DNA of 64,000 nt, from IMG/VR virus record IMGVR_UViG_3300025674_000002. The stretch is one strand, 5' to 3'. The DNA is from a virus. A program made the translations under genes and the position numbers. This document shows positions 58,473-64,000 of the stretch, one piece after another (the stretch's first letter is position 1; each line of letters starts with the position of its first letter). The notes below the pieces were generated by a model. It saw only the letters and a program-made list of their open reading frames with translations. It made no database searches and was not told where the DNA came from.

Positions 58473-59074
58473 GCGTTCTTGGACCGGGTTCCGCTGACGC
58501 CGATCTGAGACGTTTCACCCGCGTGACCAACCACCCTGGCGATGAGGTTCACGTTGTTGTTGCCAGCATACTCTGCCTCGACGTCTACGGACACAGCGAC
58601 ACCGTAGTGAACGAGCTTCTGGAGAGAGTCGCGGGCGTATTCCTTGATCAGGAGCATGGACTCACGAACGGAACCCGTCGGTTCGATATAGCGAAGCAAC
58701 GTACCGACGCCTCGGTTAGCGTCGCCTGGTTCCATGAACGACTCAGACCAATGTCCGTTCTTGGCGCCTGGGCGATAGCCACATTCCGTTTCAGGGCGAC
58801 GACCATCCGTCATCAGGATGTTGATCATCAAGCTCCGAACCCAGTCGTTGGTTGCGAAGGTCTTGGGTATCGAACGAGGATCAATACGGCAGTTGGGCTG
58901 CTGAAGCGGATCACACCGAGCGTAAGTTCCACATTCCTCAGTGACCAATTCCAGACCGGGCTGGCCGCAACTCACATAACAAGGCGAGCCGGAGACTGAT
59001 ACACCACAGGCTTCAGGCTGGGTGGTCCAGAAAATCCGGCGCCGAGAGTCGAGAGGAGACAGGCACGAGTCCAT
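58457..59074 (-). CDS. Mu gp46-like baseplate protein
   Basis: MINILMTDGRR..GHWSESF..GTLLRYIE..ARDSLQKLVHYGVAVSVDVEAEY fits the GP46 pattern. Confidence 0.5.
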   Translation of the reverse strand: MDSCLSPLDSRRRIFWTTQPEACGVSVSGSPCYVSCGQPGLELVTEECGTYARCDPLQQPNCRIDPRSIPKTFATNDWVRSLMINILMTDGRRPETECGYRPGAKNGHWSESFMEPGDANRGVGTLLRYIEPTGSVRESMLLIKEYARDSLQKLVHYGVAVSVDVEAEYAGNNNVNLIARVVGHAGETSQIGVSGTRSKNAWVWK

Positions 59075-59075
59075 G

Positions 59076-59600
59076 TTATGCCTCGAATGGAGGAACGGGA
59101 GAAGTCCCGGGGTCTACGTCTGGTGTTATCACACGTCCATTTACGGTTGCAACCCCTGCAACCACTAGATCACCACGAATGTACGTCACGCCGTCCTTGA
59201 CCTCAATGGTGCCTTTGGGACCGACAGCGAAATTGTCCTCGGTAACGTGAGTCCGCTTCTCGTTGAACTCCACAGCTTTCTCAGGATCGGTCGGGTTCTG
59301 GATGCCTCCAGTGTTCTCCTTCCACTGACGCTGCTTGTCACGAGGGATCGTGAGCAGGGCGTATTTCTGCGTGGTGTCCGATCCACTGACGAGAAGAAAC
59401 ACCTCGGTATTCGAGTCTTCCGGCAGGTTCATCGCCTGACCGATATTCAGGACGACAGCTTCCTCGTCCACCGTCCCGGTGCCGCGGACCGTGATGGTGG
59501 CGCCTGCGCCTTCGATATATTCGAGCTTGCCCCAGACGCCGCGTTCCACGCCGTCCTGGAGATCGAAATTCCGATCAGAGAATTCCATCTGAGTGGTCAT
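59076..59600 (-). CDS. baseplate assembly protein V / Mu gp45-like spike
   Basis: 174 aa between gp44-like and gp46-like genes; TYIRGDLVVAGVATVNGRV. Confidence 0.5.
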   Translation of the reverse strand: MTTQMEFSDRNFDLQDGVERGVWGKLEYIEGAGATITVRGTGTVDEEAVVLNIGQAMNLPEDSNTEVFLLVSGSDTTQKYALLTIPRDKQRQWKENTGGIQNPTDPEKAVEFNEKRTHVTEDNFAVGPKGTIEVKDGVTYIRGDLVVAGVATVNGRVITPDVDPGTSPVPPFEA

Positions 59601-60949
59601 AGGTCGATCCTAAACGTATCTGGCAGCCTCAGCGGCATCGCGTCTTCCACTGCTGTCTCAACGGAATACAGGATTTCGTCGCCGAGTGCTGCGAATTCTT
59701 GAACGGCCGACTCCGCAACCTCGATGAGGCTCGGACCCGACCACGGAGCGGGATAGTTCCCCGGAGCAAAGGAGACACCCGCTTGCAGTCTACGCTGGTT
59801 ACCTGCTGCCTGCAGGTCACCGTACTCCGAGGCCACGCTGCTGAGGCCTGCTTCACCATCAGCGAACTGAGTGGTGGGCGGAGGCGAAAGCTCAAGAGTC
59901 GTCTTCAGCTCTCCCTTCGCCTGAACACTGTACGTGAGTCCAGTGCATTCGAACATGTCGAACACACCTTCCGGCGGGATTTCCACGTAATGCATCTTGC
60001 CGATGTCGTAGAAATCATTGCCATCTGGTGGTGAGACATGGAATACTTCAATCGTGATCTTCTTGCTAGCAGAAGACCGCTTGTTAGCCTCGAACTGAGC
60101 ACGACGCTTCAGCGAGTCCTGATCACCATTGCCGTAGTGCTGGATGATCAGCGGACGTACGGAGTTGATGAGCTGGTCTCTCGCTGTCGCAATCGTGTTC
60201 AGTACTGCTTCCTCTCCCCATACATCCTTCTTGGTAATCTGACCCTTGACCTTGATCTCTGACTTGGCGGCATCCTCGCTCTGATCAGCGCTGAACCGCA
60301 GTATATTCTGACCGAGAATAAGCGGAGGACCTTCACCAATGCCTACTCCATCGGTGACACGCAACTTGCCCTCGCGAGTCTCGTAGATGAAGTATCCGTT
60401 TTCGGAACTGATGCGACGAAGCTCATTAACCACACGAGCGCCGTCACGGAACCGCATCTTGTCGAGCTTGATCTCAACGCCAAGCCACTCCACCTCGATC
60501 TGAAAACCGCTCAGCAGTTTATCTACGACCTGCCTCGTCGTCGGCTGCATCATATTGCCCGTCGGATGCTGCTGCGACGAGTCGATCAGCGTCTTGGTCA
60601 TACCCCGAGCCGACAGCTTCACGGTATATTCATCGGGTCCGATGTTGACCGTGCGGGTTGTTTCACCAGCGCTGCTAGAATTCTTGGAACTGCCAGGTTC
60701 TCCTTCCTTGACTCCAGAGCCCGTGCGGCTATCCAAGATGCCACGAAATGCGAGGTTTCCGTAAATGTAGACAGCGATCCTACGGCCACGTGCTGCGTTG
60801 ACCATGACCGGACGAGGCGGGACATACGTGAAGAAGAACGACATATCCAGCTTCCCAGTCAAGTCCTCCTTGGAACGGGTAAGCGTGAGGTCGGTCCACC
60901 CCTCGACAAGTTCTCCCTCGATGAAAACATTTACGGGTTTGAACGTCAT
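59597..60949 (-). CDS. baseplate hub protein, Mu gp44 / P2 gpD-like
   Basis: 450 aa directly after the DNA circulation gene, ATGA overlaps on both sides. Confidence 0.55.
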   Translation of the reverse strand: MTFKPVNVFIEGELVEGWTDLTLTRSKEDLTGKLDMSFFFTYVPPRPVMVNAARGRRIAVYIYGNLAFRGILDSRTGSGVKEGEPGSSKNSSSAGETTRTVNIGPDEYTVKLSARGMTKTLIDSSQQHPTGNMMQPTTRQVVDKLLSGFQIEVEWLGVEIKLDKMRFRDGARVVNELRRISSENGYFIYETREGKLRVTDGVGIGEGPPLILGQNILRFSADQSEDAAKSEIKVKGQITKKDVWGEEAVLNTIATARDQLINSVRPLIIQHYGNGDQDSLKRRAQFEANKRSSASKKITIEVFHVSPPDGNDFYDIGKMHYVEIPPEGVFDMFECTGLTYSVQAKGELKTTLELSPPPTTQFADGEAGLSSVASEYGDLQAAGNQRRLQAGVSFAPGNYPAPWSGPSLIEVAESAVQEFAALGDEILYSVETAVEDAMPLRLPDTFRIDL

Positions 60950-62127
60950 GATGCTGCCACGATCTGCGGTCCCATGTTGTGGACCAATGCGTGAGGATTA
61001 CGAGCCTCGAGTTCACGAGCCCGCTTCGCATCTCCGTAGATTTCGTAAGCTGCCACCAACGAATGCTGTGCCACGGAGAAGTTGTAGACAATCAAGCTCG
61101 GCAGGTTATAGGCGCGATTGAGAAGTGCCACCTCAGCCTGCGTTTTGAATTCTCTCAGAGCGAGGAACAGAAGGTTGTCACAATGCGCACGAGCGACATC
61201 GATTTCTCCTTCCAAGATGGCGACAACGTGATCGTACTGGCGTAGTGCGGCATCCAGCGTATCCGGCGTTTCTTCCAAAGCAGCGCGAGCCATGTAGCCT
61301 GCACCAAGAACGCGCATGACCGCGTAAATGGAGTCGATCGAGATATCCGCCGTACGGGTACCACCATTCGAAGCAGCAAACTGATTGACGATACGGCGCA
61401 TCGCTTCGTACTTGGTTTCGCCAACCGAATACTTATCGATCGCAGCAAGGCCCAGCTTCATGCCATTGAACATGGAAGCCGGCGTCTTCAGTTTTTGGTC
61501 GTCGAGGCTGAAAGTATCCAGATCATCATAGATGCGGGAGACCTTCAGGTCTTCCGATCCGTTTGTCACATCGCCGAACGTATCGCGAATAATTTCAATA
61601 GCTCGACGTCCCGTTTCAATTACCGGAGGCTGCTCAAAAGCAGGAACGTCGGAAGGACGGAAATTCGTCGTGAAGGATGCCTGCAAAGCCGACGTGATCG
61701 ACAGCAGAGACAGGCCGATGATCTGAGCAACGAAGTTGAACCCGTGAGTCCAGTCTTCTGCCTCAACCATTTCAAGGGTCACATAGGTGACACCCTGAGC
61801 CTCTAGTGGGTCATCCTTCACCTTCAAAGACCGGCAAGCTGCCCGAACCAGACCGCGAGTCGGATGGATCAGGATACCGGGGCCGGTCGTTTCGCAAACA
61901 GCGATGAGTGCAGCAGCATTCACCAGATGCGCGTTATGGACAATACGTCCTTCGAGAGTGTAGACACGAATGCGCCGTCCGAGGTCGGCATATGCCGTAT
62001 CCTCGCCAAAAGGAAACTCACCTTCAGCACCACGCCGACCATGTTCCGAGGTGACTTCCATCGCCTGGAACGGGACTCCCTTGTAGGAAGCCGGAAGGTA
62101 CAGCGGAGTATAGCAACCCTGTGCCAT
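60946..62127 (-). CDS. DNA circulation protein (Mu gp43-like)
   Basis: N-terminus LPASYKGVPFQAMEVTSEHGRRGAEGEFPFGEDTAYADLGRRIRVYTLEG fits the DNA_circ_N pattern. Confidence 0.7.
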   Translation of the reverse strand: MAQGCYTPLYLPASYKGVPFQAMEVTSEHGRRGAEGEFPFGEDTAYADLGRRIRVYTLEGRIVHNAHLVNAAALIAVCETTGPGILIHPTRGLVRAACRSLKVKDDPLEAQGVTYVTLEMVEAEDWTHGFNFVAQIIGLSLLSITSALQASFTTNFRPSDVPAFEQPPVIETGRRAIEIIRDTFGDVTNGSEDLKVSRIYDDLDTFSLDDQKLKTPASMFNGMKLGLAAIDKYSVGETKYEAMRRIVNQFAASNGGTRTADISIDSIYAVMRVLGAGYMARAALEETPDTLDAALRQYDHVVAILEGEIDVARAHCDNLLFLALREFKTQAEVALLNRAYNLPSLIVYNFSVAQHSLVAAYEIYGDAKRARELEARNPHALVHNMGPQIVAAS

Positions 62128-62135
62128 GTCTTACC

Positions 62136-64000
62136 TTACGGAGCTACGCCCATATTGCCAGTCGGGACTGAACGAGCGGGAGCAGGAGTATTCACGTTTA
62201 CACTTACGCCTGCGGCCAATGCTGCTCTGATCTGACCAGCCACATTTGCGGCGCCTTCGTTCAAGGCGCTCAAGATAGTTCCGCCGGCGGCGGTGGCCTG
62301 ACCAGCAGCCTGAGTTACTTGACCAGCGGCCTGGGTTGCTTGTCCTGCCGAAGTAGTGACAGCCGCAGCACCCTGATCAACGAGTCCAGCACCCTGGAAA
62401 ATCTGCTGGGTCGAGTTGTCGATGGCCTCCACAGCAGGAGCAACTTCAAGGCCAAAGAACGACCGAACATCATCCATGAACGGCGAATTCATGAAGCCAC
62501 CAGGACGAGCAGTTCCTGGAGTACGATCACGAACTGCCTGATATGGTTCAGGCTGACCTTCGATACGTTGCTTCTCAATGGCGTCCTTGATACCCGACAG
62601 GATGCCGCGAACGTCCTCCATAAACGGAGAATTCATAATCCCAGGAGCGCTTGTAGCTTCGACCTGGCCTTCCGCCGTTCCGCGACGCGCACCGTCCGCG
62701 ATGGCCGCCTCAACTCCCGCTGGATCGCGACGCAGAAGCTCCATAGAATGACGTTCAGCATCACGCGGAGTAGCCAGTCTCCGACCTTCGTCAGCATTGG
62801 TTTTGCTCAATTCTTCTACAGAATAGCGCATTCCCTCGATAGAAGCTGCGGTGATACCTGCAACAGCACCGAGCTTCATAAGCTTTCCGAAGAAGCCGGT
62901 TTTCTTGGGACCGCCAGCTCCATCGAGTGCTGCGCCACCTGCCTGAGCGCGAGCTGCCGCCGTCAGAGCCGTAGCCGACCGGTTAAGCGCGAATGCCGAA
63001 GCGGTAAGTGCGATAGCAGACGGATTGAAAATGGCCGTGACCATGGCACCAATACCAAGTGATGCCGCCAGCGAAGCTCCGAGTCCGATCTCACCTTGAT
63101 CATTCTTAAGCTGGTTCGTAAACCATTGAATACCGGAACCAATGCCTTCCAAGGTCGGAATAATGATGTCTTCCAGACCGTCAGCGATGAGACCCAGTGA
63201 ATTCGTAATACGAGCTCCCGCGGCCTGCATCTGGAACCAAGTACTATCCTCAGCGAGGCGCTGTACATTCTCAGGAGACAGATCGAGGTTTTCAGCCGTC
63301 CGAGCCTGATTGATCAGTTCCTGCTGCTGCAAGATCGCTTTGGTCATCAGGTCGGCAGCAGTACGATGACTCAGAATCGTATCAGAGAATTCAGACACCG
63401 CAGCGTTGAATTCATCAGCTGACATTTTCGTTGCGTCGATACCAAGCTGATCGAATGCGCCTCCAGGTCCGGTAATATACTTCGCAATGAACTCAAACGG
63501 ATCATTGCGTAGCAACTGAGGATTGATCGACGTGAACCGACCAGTCTCAGGGTTCTGAACAGCAAGACCCAGACGAGCCTGCTCCTGCATTTGAGCTTTG
63601 AAGGCACGACCTGAAAGGTTCTTGATTAGCTGGTTGATACCAACGCCAGCGGTGCCACCCATATCTGCAGTCAGCAAGAACGTCTTGAGCAGCGCGGCCG
63701 GGGTCAGGGCCTGACCAGAAGCACGGAGGTTCTTTGCCGTCTGCAGCATAGCTTTCTCGTCCAGGTCGCGTCCTGAAACGATCTGAGCACGCTGAGCAGT
63801 ATCGAACGTTGCTCTCAGTGCCTGAACATCGAGATTGCCGAGCTGATCCGAAAATGCGGACAATACGTTGGCCATACGAGAAAGAGTAAAGCCTTCCTCA
63901 ACAGCCTGTTCACGAGTAAGGTTACGAAGCATTGCCAGACGAACCTGCTCGAAGATAGCAGGCATGATCTGCTTAGCCTGAAGCGGATCACCAAGAAGCG
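62136..64000 (-). CDS. tail tape measure protein (partial; frame open to the right edge)
   Basis: long helical protein with Gly/Ala-rich hydrophobic stretch LGASLAASLGIGAMVTAIFNPSAIALTASAFAL; upstream of the circulation gene; no stop between 63965 and 64000. Confidence 0.7.
   Translation of the reverse strand, partial: LLGDPLQAKQIMPAIFEQVRLAMLRNLTREQAVEEGFTLSRMANVLSAFSDQLGNLDVQALRATFDTAQRAQIVSGRDLDEKAMLQTAKNLRASGQALTPAALLKTFLLTADMGGTAGVGINQLIKNLSGRAFKAQMQEQARLGLAVQNPETGRFTSINPQLLRNDPFEFIAKYITGPGGAFDQLGIDATKMSADEFNAAVSEFSDTILSHRTAADLMTKAILQQQELINQARTAENLDLSPENVQRLAEDSTWFQMQAAGARITNSLGLIADGLEDIIIPTLEGIGSGIQWFTNQLKNDQGEIGLGASLAASLGIGAMVTAIFNPSAIALTASAFALNRSATALTAAARAQAGGAALDGAGGPKKTGFFGKLMKLGAVAGITAASIEGMRYSVEELSKTNADEGRRLATPRDAERHSMELLRRDPAGVEAAIADGARRGTAEGQVEATSAPGIMNSPFMEDVRGILSGIKDAIEKQRIEGQPEPYQAVRDRTPGTARPGGFMNSPFMDDVRSFFGLEVAPAVEAIDNSTQQIFQGAGLVDQGAAAVTTSAGQATQAAGQVTQAAGQATAAGGTILSALNEGAANVAGQIRAALAAGVSVNVNTPAPARSVPTGNMGVAP

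Overview
This 64-kb window reads as most of a tailed-phage genome. I saw no rRNA, tRNA, integrase or obvious repressor. Minus-strand virion blocks flank a plus-strand early/replication block. Left block (1-12380, minus): terS, an RcGTA-type spike-base-like gene, five translationally coupled small membrane proteins, terL, HK97-type portal/protease/major capsid, four capsid-accessory genes, connector/adaptor genes, Mu gp36-38-like genes and the start of a sheath gene. Right block (50755-64000, minus): partial tape measure, Mu gp43-gp48-like baseplate genes, two fibre-like genes, a beta-helix tailspike, an M15 endolysin and overlapped spanins. Centre (12516-50780, plus): about 75 mostly small ORFs in short operons driven by a recurrent promoter (CCGrGATG.. 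then TGATAyAAT in a fixed register). These include a primase-helicase, family A polymerase, SNF2 helicase, ATP ligase, SSB-like protein, DEDDh exonuclease, two MazG-like proteins and a T4-like dCMP-modification gene set. The most unusual feature is six clean type II hammerhead ribozymes, plus a seventh divergent candidate, in intergenic gaps at 14.0-17.0 kb. Other unusual features are three large non-coding regions sharing repeats, a textbook G-quadruplex motif, a GATC-dense gene, and a start-stop mini-ORF plus terminator leader ahead of the modification operon. All functional calls come from reading translations and motifs by eye; no database search or folding program was run.
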